Part shown: positions 29,550 through 39,821 of the stretch, piece after piece | How positions within the stretch are numbered: position 1 is the stretch's first letter | How the letters are laid out: each line of letters begins with the position of its first letter | Made by a program: the position numbers and the translations under genes | The notes under the pieces: model-generated | Database searches by the model: none | Told to the model about the DNA's origin: nothing | What the model saw: the letters and a program-made list of their open reading frames with translations, nothing else | Assembly: GCA_965248445.1 (NCBI GenBank) | Contig: CBDFJG010000004.1 | Coordinates: 384,001 to 448,000, forward strand | Origin: Planctomycetota bacterium | GTDB lineage: Bacteria; Planctomycetota; JAJSAM01; JAJVHW01 | Length of the DNA: 64,000 nucleotides | Reading direction: 5' to 3'

Positions 29550-30695
29550 CTACGCGCGCGTCGCGAGCAGCTCTTCGCGGAAACGGCGGAAAAGGTACAG
29601 GCTGTCGTGCGGGCCCGGGGCGGCTTCGGGGTGGTACTGGACGCACATGACCGGCGCGTCCTTGTGCCGCAGGCCCTCGACCGTTCCGTCGTTCAGGTTC
29701 TTGTGCGTCTCGACGATGTCGCCCTTCTCGAACAGAGCGCGGTCGACGGCAAACCCGTGGTTCTGCGCCGTGATCTCGACCTTGCGCGTTGCCAGGTCCA
29801 TCACCGGGTGATTGCCGCCGTGGTGGCCGAACGGCAGCTTGTACGTCGTGCCGCCGAGCGCCTGACCGATGATCTGGTGGCCCAGGCAGATGCCGAACAG
29901 CGGTACGCCGCGCTCGATCACGTCCTCGGCGAGCTTGCGCGCGTAGTCCAGCACCCCGGGGTCGCCGGGACCGTTCGTGAGGAACACCGCATCGGGGCTC
30001 GTGGCCAGCACCTGGTCCGCAGTGAACTTCGCGGGGACCACTCTGACGCGGAAGCCGACCGACGCGAGATTGCGCAGGATGTTCCGCTTGGCGCCGTAGT
30101 CCACCACGGTGAGGTCGAACACGGGACCCTCGAAGGCGCCGTGCTCCGGCAGGAACTGCGCGGCGCTCACGCCCTCCGTCCACTCGGCCTCGCGGCGCCG
30201 CGTGACCTCTTGCACGAGGTCCCGTCCCTCCATGCGCGGCGCGGCGCGCGCGCGGTCCACAAGCGTGTCTGCGTCGTGTTCCTCGGTCGAGAGCGCGCCG
30301 CGGAGCGACCCCGCTTCACGGAGGATCTTGGTGAGCTTGCGGGTGTCGATGCCCTCGATCGCGACGACATTCGAACGTTCGAGGTACGTGTGCAGGTCCT
30401 CGGTCGCCCGGAAGTTGGAGACGATCGGCGACAACTCGCGGACGACGAAGCCCTCGACCCAGGCGCGGTCCGCCTCCTCGTCCTCGACGTTGACGCCGTA
30501 GTTGCCGATCAGCGGCGCCGTCATGGTGACGATCTGCCCCTTGTACGACGGGTCGGTCAGGATCTCCTGGTAGCCGGTCAGGGACGTGTTGAACACGACC
30601 TCGCCCGACGACTCGCCGCGCGCACCGAAGCCGCGGCCGCGGAACACGGTGCCGTCCTCCAGCGCGAGCAGGGTGGGAACGAGGGCTCTCTTCAT
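29550..30695 (-). CDS. carA: Carbamoyl-phosphate synthase small subunit
   Basis: [40 protein letters not shown]. Confidence 0.97.
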   Translation of the reverse strand: MKRALVPTLLALEDGTVFRGRGFGARGESSGEVVFNTSLTGYQEILTDPSYKGQIVTMTAPLIGNYGVNVEDEEADRAWVEGFVVRELSPIVSNFRATEDLHTYLERSNVVAIEGIDTRKLTKILREAGSLRGALSTEEHDADTLVDRARAAPRMEGRDLVQEVTRRREAEWTEGVSAAQFLPEHGAFEGPVFDLTVVDYGAKRNILRNLASVGFRVRVVPAKFTADQVLATSPDAVFLTNGPGDPGVLDYARKLAEDVIERGVPLFGICLGHQIIGQALGGTTYKLPFGHHGGNHPVMDLATRKVEITAQNHGFAVDRALFEKGDIVETHKNLNDGTVEGLRHKDAPVMCVQYHPEAAPGPHDSLYLFRRFREELLATRA

Positions 30696-31489
30696 CAGCG
30701 TCCTTCGGCGCGCGCTCCGGTACGTCGCGCGACCAGCGCAGCAAGGTAGCCCGCCCCGAATCCGTTGTCGATGTTCACCACGGCCACTCCCGCGGCGCAC
30801 GAGTTCAGCATCGTGAGAAGCGGCGCGACGCCCTCGAACGACGCGCCGTAGCCCACGCTCGTCGGCACCGCGAACACAGGGGCATCGACCAGCCCCCCCA
30901 CCACGGACGGAAGCGCGCCCTCCATACCGGCGGCGACGACGACGGCGTCCGCCCGCCTTAGGTCCGGCACCACACTCAGCAGCCGGTGCAGTCCCGCCAC
31001 GCCGCAGTCGTAGAGCGCGTCGACCGTTGCCCCCATCACCGTCGCAGTGACACGCGCTTCCTCGGCGACCGGCTCGTCCGCGGTGCCCGCGGAGACGACC
31101 ACCACACGGCCCGTTTCGTCGCGGTCCTCGTCGCGCACAACGTGCGCCGTCCGCGCACGATCTGTCAGAACGACGTCGGGGATCGACTCGCGCAGCGCCC
31201 CGGCCTGGTCGCGGTCGATGCGTGTGACGAGAAGACGCGGACTGCGCGCGAGAATCTCGGCCGCCACCGCGACGACCTGCGCCGGCTTCTTGCCGGGCGC
31301 GTACACGACCTCGGGGAAGCCGCAGCGCAGGGCACGGTGATGGTCGATCCGCGCGAATGGCATCGACGCTCCGTCCGACAACGTCGCGACGTCGAGTCCC
31401 GAGAGACGTTCGGCGGCCTGCGCCGGATCCACGCGTCCGTCACGCACGGCGGCGAGGAGGTCGAGGAGAGCGTCGCGGTCGAGGCTCAT
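30695..31489 (-). CDS. larB: LarB-like (PurE-related) carboxylase
   Basis: [52 protein letters not shown]. Confidence 0.9.
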   Translation of the reverse strand: MSLDRDALLDLLAAVRDGRVDPAQAAERLSGLDVATLSDGASMPFARIDHHRALRCGFPEVVYAPGKKPAQVVAVAAEILARSPRLLVTRIDRDQAGALRESIPDVVLTDRARTAHVVRDEDRDETGRVVVVSAGTADEPVAEEARVTATVMGATVDALYDCGVAGLHRLLSVVPDLRRADAVVVAAGMEGALPSVVGGLVDAPVFAVPTSVGYGASFEGVAPLLTMLNSCAAGVAVVNIDNGFGAGYLAALVARRTGARAEGR

Positions 31490-32538
31490 GCGCGCACTGT
31501 CCCGGAGTGATCGGCACGGATCGGCCGCGGATGGCAGTCGAGCGTCATCGCGTCGCTCTCCCCGGCGCGGAGCCGGAAGTAACCCGACACGGCAACCATG
31601 GCCGCGTTGTCCGTGCAGAGTTCCTTAGGCGGGATGACGACCCGGCAACCGCGCGCAGCGCCCTCCCGCGTTAGTCGTTCGCGCAACTGCGTGTTCGCCG
31701 CGACGCCGCCGCCGAGCACGATCTCGCGCACGCCCGTCTTCCGCACGGCGCGAAGGGTCGTCTTGACGAGCACGTCCACCGCTGCTTTCTGGAACGACGC
31801 CGCCACGTCCGCAACCGGCATCCGGGGAGTGCCCTGGCGCGCCTGCTTGGGACGTGTGTCCTGGCCGAACGCGCGATACAGCACGGCGGTCTTCATCCCC
31901 GAGAACGAGAAGTCGAGGTTGTCCTTGCCCGGCGACGTGCGCGGCAGATCGAGTGCGTCGGGATCTCCGTCCTGCGCGGCGCGTTCGATCGACGGACCAC
32001 CCGGGTAGGGCAGCCCGAGCAACTGCGCGACCTTGTCGAACGCCTCGCCTGCGGCGTCGTCACGCGTCGCGCCGAGCAGTTCGTGATGCGTCGCGTCGGT
32101 AAGCAGGTAGAGGCTCGTGTGCCCCCCGCTGGCGACCAGCGCCACGCACGGGTACTCCGGCCCGCCGCCCTCTGCGAGGTAGCTGGCATGAATGTGCGCG
32201 ACGATGTGGTCGACGCCCACGAGTGGCAGCCCGCGCCCCATCGCGATCCCCTTCGCCGCCGAGACGCCGACGAGGAGGGCATTGACGAGCCCCGGGCGAT
32301 TGGTAACGGCGACGCCGTCGATGTCCTCGAGCGTCAGGCCGGCGCGGCGCAGCGCCTCGTCGATCGCCCACGGGTAGTTCTCGACGTGCGCGCGACACGC
32401 GATCTCGGGCACCACGCCGCCGAACCGCGCGTGCAGGTCCGTCTGCGTCGCGACCACGCTCGACAGGCACTCGCGGCCGTCGCGTACGAGTGCGGCCGAC
32501 GTCTCGTCGCACGAACTGTCGATGCCGAGGACGATCAC
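31486..32538 (-). CDS. tsaD: tRNA t6A synthesis protein TsaD
   Basis: LGIDSSCDET, HIVAH, SGGHT, DDAAGEAFDK, TDNAAM. Confidence 0.96.
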   Translation of the reverse strand: MIVLGIDSSCDETSAALVRDGRECLSSVVATQTDLHARFGGVVPEIACRAHVENYPWAIDEALRRAGLTLEDIDGVAVTNRPGLVNALLVGVSAAKGIAMGRGLPLVGVDHIVAHIHASYLAEGGGPEYPCVALVASGGHTSLYLLTDATHHELLGATRDDAAGEAFDKVAQLLGLPYPGGPSIERAAQDGDPDALDLPRTSPGKDNLDFSFSGMKTAVLYRAFGQDTRPKQARQGTPRMPVADVAASFQKAAVDVLVKTTLRAVRKTGVREIVLGGGVAANTQLRERLTREGAARGCRVVIPPKELCTDNAAMVAVSGYFRLRAGESDAMTLDCHPRPIRADHSGTVRA

Positions 32539-32542
32539 GCAC

Positions 32543-33853
32543 TCACCCGCGTTCCGGCGTCTCCGGCGGGACGTCCTCCTCCGGCGGCTGTTCCCCGCGG
32601 AGCAGCGACAGCGCGATCTCGAGCTGGCCGTCCATGGGAACATCGCCCGAGCGCCCGTCCAGCACTTCCCAGCGCGGTCCGATCTGTCCGTCGAACGCGA
32701 TCCGGAGTGAGCGCCGGGCCGCTTCGTCGAGCCGCACGACGACATCGGGCAGAAGTCCGCCGCGGATCCCGCCAGCGAGATTGCGGTGCGCGCTCCGGCC
32801 GATCGGCGTCTCGTAGCGGGCAGTCGTCAAGCGCACCAATCCCTTTGTCGTGCTCAAGGGGACGAGCTTCTGCACGAGGAACTTGCCGTACGTGCGCTCG
32901 CCGACCAGGACCGCACGTCCGTGATCCTGCAGAGCGCCGGCGAGGATCTCGCTCGCGCTGGCGGTCACCCCGTCGACGAGCACCACGAGCGCGATGTCGG
33001 CGAACGCTCCAGCGCCAGGCTCCTCTTGGACGCGGTACGTGGAGATGCCGTCACGTGAGCGCGTCGAACAGACGACCGTCCCGGGCGGCAGGAACAACCC
33101 GGCCACCTGCACTGCCGCACGCACCACGCCGCCCAGGTTGCCCCGGAGGTCCAGCACGACTCCGCGTGCGCCCTGCTCACGGACCAGCGCGTGCACGTGC
33201 TGCCGCATTTCCCCCGGAGTGCCCTCGGAGAACTGGTCAAGGCGGAGGTACCCGAACGCATCGGCATCCAGCATCCGGACCGCGGGAACCGTGTCGATGT
33301 CGACGACGCCCCGCTGCACCGGGATCGTCTGCTCCTCGGCGCCGCCCCGGCGAATACCGATGTCGATGCTCGTTCCCGGGGTTCCGCGGACGTGCGTCAC
33401 GACCTCGGTCGCGGGCGACTCCAGGACCGAGAACTCGCCAACGCGCACGATCAGGTCACCGGGCAGTAGGCCGGCCCGCGCCGCCGGTCCGCCGCGCACC
33501 ACGCCGAGGACGAGGATTCCCCCCTCCGCCGGGAGGATGCGGACGCCGATCCCGGCGAACGTGCCGCTGGTCTCGTCGTCGAGCTCCCGTTTCGCGTCTG
33601 CGTCGAAGTACCGGCTGAACGGGTCGAGCTCGGAGACGTACCCCTGCATGGCCGCGTCGAACAACTCGCGCTCGCGCTCGGCGTCGATCGGGTCGAGGTA
33701 CCGGTCGCCGACGATGCCCTGCACCTCCTCGCGAACATCGTCGTCCCAGAACAGCGCCGGACCGCCGATCCGCGGAATCGCGTGGATCAGCGCGAGAAGA
33801 CCGAAGCCCAGGATGACGGGGGAGACGAACAGGAAGAAGACGCGGGAGTTCAC
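32543..33853 (-). CDS. C-terminal processing protease (S41A, PDZ)
   Basis: LDPFSRY, FAGIGV (PDZ), DLRGNLGG, TASASEI, GERTYGK. Confidence 0.9.
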   Translation of the reverse strand: MNSRVFFLFVSPVILGFGLLALIHAIPRIGGPALFWDDDVREEVQGIVGDRYLDPIDAERERELFDAAMQGYVSELDPFSRYFDADAKRELDDETSGTFAGIGVRILPAEGGILVLGVVRGGPAARAGLLPGDLIVRVGEFSVLESPATEVVTHVRGTPGTSIDIGIRRGGAEEQTIPVQRGVVDIDTVPAVRMLDADAFGYLRLDQFSEGTPGEMRQHVHALVREQGARGVVLDLRGNLGGVVRAAVQVAGLFLPPGTVVCSTRSRDGISTYRVQEEPGAGAFADIALVVLVDGVTASASEILAGALQDHGRAVLVGERTYGKFLVQKLVPLSTTKGLVRLTTARYETPIGRSAHRNLAGGIRGGLLPDVVVRLDEAARRSLRIAFDGQIGPRWEVLDGRSGDVPMDGQLEIALSLLRGEQPPEEDVPPETPERG

Positions 33854-33958
33854 GCGGTCATCGTATCCCGCCCCGGCCCGCCGCGCGGCCGACCGCTTCA
33901 GCGGAGCGAGCAAGTACGGGGAGTCGCTCTCCGGCCGGCCGTGAGGAGTCTGCTGCGG

Positions 33959-35518
33959 TCAGCGCAGATCGACCGAGAGGCTCTCGCCGCCGAGAGGGAC
34001 ATCGAACGTCTTCTCGCCGCCGGCCCAGCGTACGCGATAACTGCCGGGAGCGAGTTCGCGCCCCGTGCTCCGGCCGTCCGGCCCCACGAACACGGGCCGC
34101 TCGGCGCTGAACGCACCGTCCAGCGTACGCTCCAGCGTGAGTGCGAGTCCCGCCGCCGCGAGGAACACGACGGCAACCGGCAGTGGTCCCGGAGCGAGAT
34201 CCACCCGCGCCGCGCTCGCTGTGGCGCGCACCGTCACACGTCGCTTCACATCGACGTAGCCCGGTTCGCGTGCGACGAGCGTGTACGTGCCCGCCGGGAG
34301 TTCCAGCTCCGTGGGAGACGCGCCGAGCCGCGCCTCGGTTTCGGTACCGTCGGCGGCCACGAGTCGCGCGCGCAGGCCTTCCACAGTCGAGGTCATCGCG
34401 ATGCGTCCTGTCGCGGGACGCGCGCGCTCGGCGATCGAACCGATCGCGGAAGACGGGATGTCGGGTGCCGAACCCGCGTCGATCGCATCGACCACCGGCG
34501 TCACGGCCGCTGAGTCGTCTCCGTCCTGCGTCGGCCACCAGAGGGAAAGCGCGAGCACGACGCCCGCCGCGAGCGCCAGCAGCGCCGCCCACGGCATGCA
34601 GGCAGACTTCGTCGAAGCCCCCCCGGACGACCCGCCCGAAGACACCGGACCCGTGGTCAACGGGGCGCCGGCGAGGCGCGACGCGGCGGCCCCCATCGCC
34701 CGCGAGGGCTCCGGCAGGCCGTCGCCTTCGAACCGCGCGAGCACCACGGTGATGTTGTCGCGGCCGCCCGCCTCGTTGGCGGCTCGGATCAGCTGCGACG
34801 CGACGCGCTCGAGGTCCGCGCCGGTCGTCTCCACGATCTCAGTGATCTTGTCGTCGACCACCATTCCGGTCAGACCGTCCGAGCAGAGGACGAGGACGTC
34901 CTCGCGCCGCAACTCCCAATGCCGTGTCTCGACCCGCAGCGACTCTTCCACGCCGACCGCCTGCAACACGATGTTCCGCGCTGCCAGTCGTTCCGCTTCC
35001 GCCGGGTCCATGCCGTCGTCGATCAGCTGTCCGACAACCGACTGGTCGCGGGTCAAGCGCGTGAGCGTGCCCTTGCGCAGAAGGTAGGCGCGGGAGTCGC
35101 CGACCTGCGAGACGTACACGCGCCCGTGGAGCACAAGAGCGGCCGTCACTGTGGTCGCCATGCCGCGCCGGTCGCGGTGCTCGGCCGCCGACTGGCGGAT
35201 GCGCTCGTTCGCCGAGATCACGGCCGCGTCCATGATCGCTCCGATGCGCGGCGCGGTCGCCTCGTCCAGTTCCGCCACAGCGAAGTGCTCGGCGAGAACG
35301 TCGGCCGCCATTGCGCTGGCAACCTCTCCGGCGGCCTGTCCGCCGAGACCGTCGCAAACAGCGAGCGCCGCTCCGCGCACGGGGTCGATCTGGATCACCT
35401 GGCCGTCGGCCGCGCGCGACGAGGACGCGCGGTCCAGCAGGAGGAACGCATCCTCGTTGTGCTCGCGCACGCGACCCACGTCGGTACGCGCCACGGCGGA
35501 AAACGTCACGTTCGCCAC
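33959..35518 (-). CDS. PP2C Ser/Thr phosphatase with TM segment and C-terminal PEGA-like domain
   Basis: DVGRVR..NED, CDGLGG, VGDSRAY, CSDGL, GGRDNIT; LG.SP..L.LPAG.YTL...PGY. Confidence 0.9.
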   Translation of the reverse strand: MANVTFSAVARTDVGRVREHNEDAFLLLDRASSSRAADGQVIQIDPVRGAALAVCDGLGGQAAGEVASAMAADVLAEHFAVAELDEATAPRIGAIMDAAVISANERIRQSAAEHRDRRGMATTVTAALVLHGRVYVSQVGDSRAYLLRKGTLTRLTRDQSVVGQLIDDGMDPAEAERLAARNIVLQAVGVEESLRVETRHWELRREDVLVLCSDGLTGMVVDDKITEIVETTGADLERVASQLIRAANEAGGRDNITVVLARFEGDGLPEPSRAMGAAASRLAGAPLTTGPVSSGGSSGGASTKSACMPWAALLALAAGVVLALSLWWPTQDGDDSAAVTPVVDAIDAGSAPDIPSSAIGSIAERARPATGRIAMTSTVEGLRARLVAADGTETEARLGASPTELELPAGTYTLVAREPGYVDVKRRVTVRATASAARVDLAPGPLPVAVVFLAAAGLALTLERTLDGAFSAERPVFVGPDGRSTGRELAPGSYRVRWAGGEKTFDVPLGGESLSVDLR

Positions 35519-35574
35519 TCGGTCTCCTGCCTCACGCGTCCTGCCCGCCTCTCTTCGCCCGTACTTCAAGGACC

Positions 35575-36015
35575 CTAGGAGCGGGCGTCCTCCCGCACGA
35601 TCGTCACCGGACACGGGGCGGTGTGCGCCACGCGGGCTGCCACACTCCCGAGGAACATGCGGGCCAGCCGGCCCCGGCGCTGTCCGCCCACGATCACCTG
35701 ATCGACTTTCTCCCTCCGGGCGACGCTGACGATCTCGGCCGCCGCACCCCCCACTTCGACCATCGTCCGCACGGGGACGTCTCCGAAGCGGGAGGCCAAC
35801 TCGGCGAGCTTCCGATCCGCCGCCTCCCGAAAAACGTCCACATGCGGAGCGGGGTACCCGGCGGGCAGGTCGATGGGCAGCGCGGTGGGCGCATAGTCCA
35901 CGACGTGGAGAAGCAGGACGTGGGCCCCCATGCGCTCGGCCATGTCGCGCGCGAACGCGATTTCCAGGGGGTGGTCCTCGGCCAGATCGACGGCAACGAG
36001 CAGCGTTTGGCTCAC
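35575..36015 (-). CDS. Universal stress protein
   Basis: LLVAVD...LLHVV...VIVG..RRG....FLGSVA..V...APCPV. Confidence 0.9.
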   Translation of the reverse strand: MSQTLLVAVDLAEDHPLEIAFARDMAERMGAHVLLLHVVDYAPTALPIDLPAGYPAPHVDVFREAADRKLAELASRFGDVPVRTMVEVGGAAAEIVSVARREKVDQVIVGGQRRGRLARMFLGSVAARVAHTAPCPVTIVREDARS

Positions 36016-36118
36016 GGGCAGACGTTACCCGACTTGGGCTCCGTCAGCCTCGGCCCGCCTCGGCACAGGCTCGCCCTCGCGGTGTCGGAGGCTTCGCGGA
36101 CCGGCCTCCGGTGCCCGC

Positions 36119-36997
36119 TCAGGTTCGGCGCAGGCTCGCGACCTGCTCGAAAAGGTCCTTGCTGATCCGCGGCGCCCAGGCGTTCAGTCGGCGCTTCCGC
36201 ACCACCCACGCCCGGCCGCGGACACTCCGCTCGGCGCGTAACTCGGGGTCGGAGAGCAGCGCACTCACCAGGCGGACGAACGAGTCGGCATCGCCCGCCT
36301 GCTCGCCGGCCCGAACGTCAGTGCTCTCCTCGGCATCAGAAGATCCGGCGGCGAGCACAACCGGGACAACCCCGCTCGCGGCCGCCACCAGCACGGCCGC
36401 TGCCCGATCCGGGCCGGGCGTGACGAGGAGGACATCCACCGAGGAGAGGACCCCCGGGAGTTCCGCCAAGGCCGGGGCGGGCCGATGCCGCACGAGGACT
36501 CCCGGCACCTGGACGCGGGCATCCGCTCCGCTGACGTCGAGGGCATAGCGGACGTGGTGGCCCAGTCGCCCCAGGAGCGCCGGTAGCCCAGGCGGGGCAG
36601 CATCCGCGCTGCCGGGCAGCCAGCCCAGGCGCGGCAGCGCGTCGCCGGGACGGGGCCGGAGCGGCGGCGCGAACGCGTCGCAGTCCACGACCGTCGGCGC
36701 CAGGACGGCGGGAGTCCCGCCTGCGCGATACCGGGCGCCGGCCTCGGCATCGGCACAAACGACGATCTGCGCGCCGGCGGCGGCGCCCTCTTCGTGCTCT
36801 TCGTCGTGCCCGAGGTCGCGCACGACGAGTGGTGAGGGGACCGGGCAAGATTGCGCGCCAAACACCACGGCCGCCGCGATCGCGCGCGAGCGGCGATCGG
36901 TCACGTCGCATCCCGCCTGGTGGAGCGCGGCGAGCAGCGCGTGCCGCCGCAACTGCCACGTCAGCCCCGGCGGCGCAGCGGATACGGAGACCCGCAC
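36119..36997 (-). CDS. Glycosyltransferase-like (GT-B) protein
   Basis: PTVVD...F.P, LGW, DVLLV, AAASGV, LLSDPELR....RGR; divergent. Confidence 0.55.
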   Translation of the reverse strand: MRVSVSAAPPGLTWQLRRHALLAALHQAGCDVTDRRSRAIAAAVVFGAQSCPVPSPLVVRDLGHDEEHEEGAAAGAQIVVCADAEAGARYRAGGTPAVLAPTVVDCDAFAPPLRPRPGDALPRLGWLPGSADAAPPGLPALLGRLGHHVRYALDVSGADARVQVPGVLVRHRPAPALAELPGVLSSVDVLLVTPGPDRAAAVLVAAASGVVPVVLAAGSSDAEESTDVRAGEQAGDADSFVRLVSALLSDPELRAERSVRGRAWVVRKRRLNAWAPRISKDLFEQVASLRRT

Positions 36998-37002
36998 GCC
37001 CT

Positions 37003-37389
37003 TTAGTTGACGAAGTTCTGGATGGCGACCCACGTCCACACGATCGCCTCGATCGGCGTCGCCACTGCGGAGACGACGCGCGCGTTGAGGAGCAACGGGT
37101 CCGCCTCTCGCTGGTCCTCGCGCGCCTTGACCACCCGGCCGTGGGAGAGCCACCAGACGATGGCGGAGACCGGAAGGCAGCACACGATCATCCCGACCAC
37201 CGCGGCGGTCAGCAGCCAACGGCCGGAGCGCTCGTCATCGGAGCGGCGGAGATACACGTGCTCGAAGTCGAGATTCTCCGGCACGGTCTCCTGGGCACCG
37301 CACCAGGGGCAGGGGACCGTGCGCGCCCGGTGGTAGCTCTCGAGCACCATCTCCTTCTCACAGCTGGTGCAGCGGTAGAGCAGTCCCAT
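37003..37389 (-). CDS. Zn-ribbon membrane protein
   Basis: CTSC...CPWC plus two TM segments. Confidence 0.7.
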   Translation of the reverse strand: MGLLYRCTSCEKEMVLESYHRARTVPCPWCGAQETVPENLDFEHVYLRRSDDERSGRWLLTAAVVGMIVCCLPVSAIVWWLSHGRVVKAREDQREADPLLLNARVVSAVATPIEAIVWTWVAIQNFVN

Positions 37390-37417
37390 CAGTCCGTCCT
37401 CTCGTGCAAGCGAGGGA

Positions 37418-37732
37418 TCATAGAACGATCGAGATGAAGACCGCAGCGGTGAGCGCGAGAAGAGACAGTACGAGGCCGATTATCAGCAGCACGCGCACCG
37501 CGCGGGCCCGGCGCGGGGGCTGCGGATCGGGCACTCCGCGCTGGCGGTTCCCCACCGCGCGGGATATCTCGTCCGCCGCCGACGCCTCGGCGTCCGGTTG
37601 CTCGTCGCCCGAGCCGCTGGGTGCCGCGGGGATCGTGATCGTCCCGCCGCACTCCGCACAGCGAGCGGTGCGGCCGGCGTGGGCGCGGGCGACCGTCAGC
37701 TGCCGCCCGCACGCAGGGCAAGGCACGGTCAT
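37418..37732 (-). CDS. Zn-ribbon protein with C-terminal TM
   Basis: CPACG...CAECG; start overlaps the rsmA stop (TGATG). Confidence 0.7.
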   Translation of the reverse strand: MTVPCPACGRQLTVARAHAGRTARCAECGGTITIPAAPSGSGDEQPDAEASAADEISRAVGNRQRGVPDPQPPRRARAVRVLLIIGLVLSLLALTAAVFISIVL

Positions 37733-38601
37733 CAGCCGGCCACGTCCTTCGCCCGCGCAGCAAGATCACGCCATGCCGCCGGGGGCACGTGCTCCGGGCG
37801 AGCGTCCGTTGCGACGCCGCAAGCGTCGAATGCGTCGTCAGACAGAACGTCCCGAAGCGTGCGGCGGACCCGCTTGCGGCGCGCCTGGAATCCCCGCCGC
37901 GCCAGTTCCGACGCCGCGGCCGCGCCTTCCACGGCTTCAGGACGCGGCACGATACGAAAGACCGCACTCTCGACGTCCGGGCGCGGGAGGAACACGTCAC
38001 GCGGCACGCGGCGCAGCACGCGCGCCCCGCCGTGGAGTGCCGTCAGCACGGCGAGGGGGCCGTAGGCGCGGACGCCGGTCTCGGCACGCAGGCGATCCAC
38101 GACCTCGCGCTGCAACATCGCCGTGATCGACACGGGTGGCGCAGGCAACTGCAGCAGACGCGCCACGATCGCGGTGCCGACGGAGTAGGGCAGATTCGCG
38201 ACCACGTGGCCGCCTCCGCCGCCCGCGGCGCGGCCGAGGCCCTCGACGATCGCGGGGTGCAGGCCGCCGGGCTCCCCGCGGGCGAGCGCGTCTCCCTCGA
38301 TCAGTGTGAGCCGTTCGTCCGCCCCGAGCCGCTCACGCAGCAGCTCCGTTAGCCCGCGGTCCAGTTCGATCGCCGTTACGTGAGCACAGGACTTGAGCAG
38401 CGGCTGCGTGAGTCCCCCCGCGCCGGGTCCGATCTCGACGACCACGTCGTCCGGGCGGAGCTCAGCGTCTGCGACGATCGCGTCAGCGAGGGCGGGGTCG
38501 GCCAGGAAGCACTGGCCGTGGCGTTTGCGCGGACGCAGCCCGCGCGCCTCCAGCAAGGCGGCGAGCTCGGTACGAGTGCGGGGTATGGAGTGTACGCTCA
38601 C
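37732..38601 (-). CDS. rsmA: 16S rRNA adenine dimethyltransferase
   Basis: KRHGQCFL, EIGPGAG, ANLPY, MLQREV, P.P.VESAV. Confidence 0.95.
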   Translation of the reverse strand: MSVHSIPRTRTELAALLEARGLRPRKRHGQCFLADPALADAIVADAELRPDDVVVEIGPGAGGLTQPLLKSCAHVTAIELDRGLTELLRERLGADERLTLIEGDALARGEPGGLHPAIVEGLGRAAGGGGGHVVANLPYSVGTAIVARLLQLPAPPVSITAMLQREVVDRLRAETGVRAYGPLAVLTALHGGARVLRRVPRDVFLPRPDVESAVFRIVPRPEAVEGAAAASELARRGFQARRKRVRRTLRDVLSDDAFDACGVATDARPEHVPPAAWRDLAARAKDVAG

Positions 38602-38622
38602 TGAGTGAGCGTACAGCCGCCA

Positions 38623-38860
38623 CTAGCCGCATCTGTTCACCAGATCCCGCGCCTGAGCGATCCAGAGCGCCGATCTCTACGTTGCGCCGCCTCCACAACC
38701 CGTTCAGGGGTGCGTTCGGCGGCGCGCCTTGATCTCGGCGCTCTGCCCTCGCTCAGGACGCACGTCCACATGCCGAGTCGCCGCCCGCAAGCAGCCCGCT
38801 ACTGGTTTCCGCGGCGTGTGTCGTGACGAAGCGCGCAACCTGGTGAACAGATGCGGCTAG
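38623..38860. mobile_element. Non-autonomous MITE (230 bp core) flanked by CTAG
   Basis: Perfect 22-bp inverted repeat at 38622-38643 and 38840-38861 including CTAG; long internal hairpin 38652-38757; no ORF. Confidence 0.8.
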
Positions 38861-39615
38861 TCGAATTTCAGCGCCACCACGGTCGCGGTGTCGTGCATCG
38901 CGCCATCCGCGTGCGCGTGGACGTCGTCGAGCACACGCCGCACCACGCCGCGGGGACCGGAGCCCCGCGCGGCCGTGAGCGCCGCAGCCGCGCCGTCGCG
39001 ACCGAACGGAGCACCGCCTTCGCGGTGCGCCTCCGTGACTCCGTCGGTCACGGCGAGCAGCGTCACGTGGGGCGGCAGCCGGAGCGGACCGGCGTCGCGA
39101 TAGTCGTACCCCGGCACGATGCCCAGCGCGGGCGCGTGCCCTTCGAGCGCCACGACACCGCCGCTGCGACCAACTGCCAGCGGCTCAACGTGTCCTGCGT
39201 TCGCCATGCGGATCGTGCGGCGTGCCGCATCGAGTTCCATCAGAAGGAGCGAGACGAAGCGCCCGCCGCCTTCGCGCTCGACGACCGACTCCGCGTCACG
39301 AAGCATCTCGGCCGGACGCTGCTGATGCGCCACGCCGTGTGTCAGCGCGGAGCGCACCGCGTGCGCCAGATCTTCTGCCTCCTGTCCGGAACCCATCGCG
39401 TCACCGATGGCGAGCAGCCACCGGCGTAGACCGGTCCGGCGAGCGACAAGGATGTCGCCTCCCGGTCCAAAGTCGCAACCAGCAACCTGGCGAGACACGG
39501 ACCGAGCGGCCACGTGCACGCCATCGTGGCGCAACTCGCGTAGCAATCGCGCGGTCTCGCGAAGGTGTCCCCATTGAACCGGACGTACGTCGTTCGTCGT
39601 GTGCATCGCTGTCAT
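38857..39615 (-). CDS. SpoIIE/RsbU-type PP2C phosphatase (stand-alone)
   Basis: GGD, IGDAMGSG, ANAGH, TDGVTEA, HDTAT. Confidence 0.88.
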   Translation of the reverse strand: MTAMHTTNDVRPVQWGHLRETARLLRELRHDGVHVAARSVSRQVAGCDFGPGGDILVARRTGLRRWLLAIGDAMGSGQEAEDLAHAVRSALTHGVAHQQRPAEMLRDAESVVEREGGGRFVSLLLMELDAARRTIRMANAGHVEPLAVGRSGGVVALEGHAPALGIVPGYDYRDAGPLRLPPHVTLLAVTDGVTEAHREGGAPFGRDGAAAALTAARGSGPRGVVRRVLDDVHAHADGAMHDTATVVALKFD

Positions 39616-39686
39616 CTTCAACTCCGTCGGCCCGATGTTGTTTCGCTGCGGTGCTCTTCACCGCGCGGGCCGTCAATGTTCTGACG

Positions 39687-39702
39687 AGCGAACGCCTTGC
39701 CA
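39687..39702 (-). promoter_or_regulatory. Putative sigma54 -24/-12 promoter
   Basis: TGGCAAGGCGTTCGCT (GG-N10-GC) about 70 nt upstream of the phosphatase. Confidence 0.45.
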
Positions 39703-39821
39703 TCTGCCCGGAATCTCGCGCAGGAGCGTCCGTCGTGCCCGCGGGGAGCGGGCACGTCACCCAGCGGTGACGCCGCAAGATGGAACCGCAAACGAACCGA
39801 CTCGTTCGGCGGGACGCCGTG

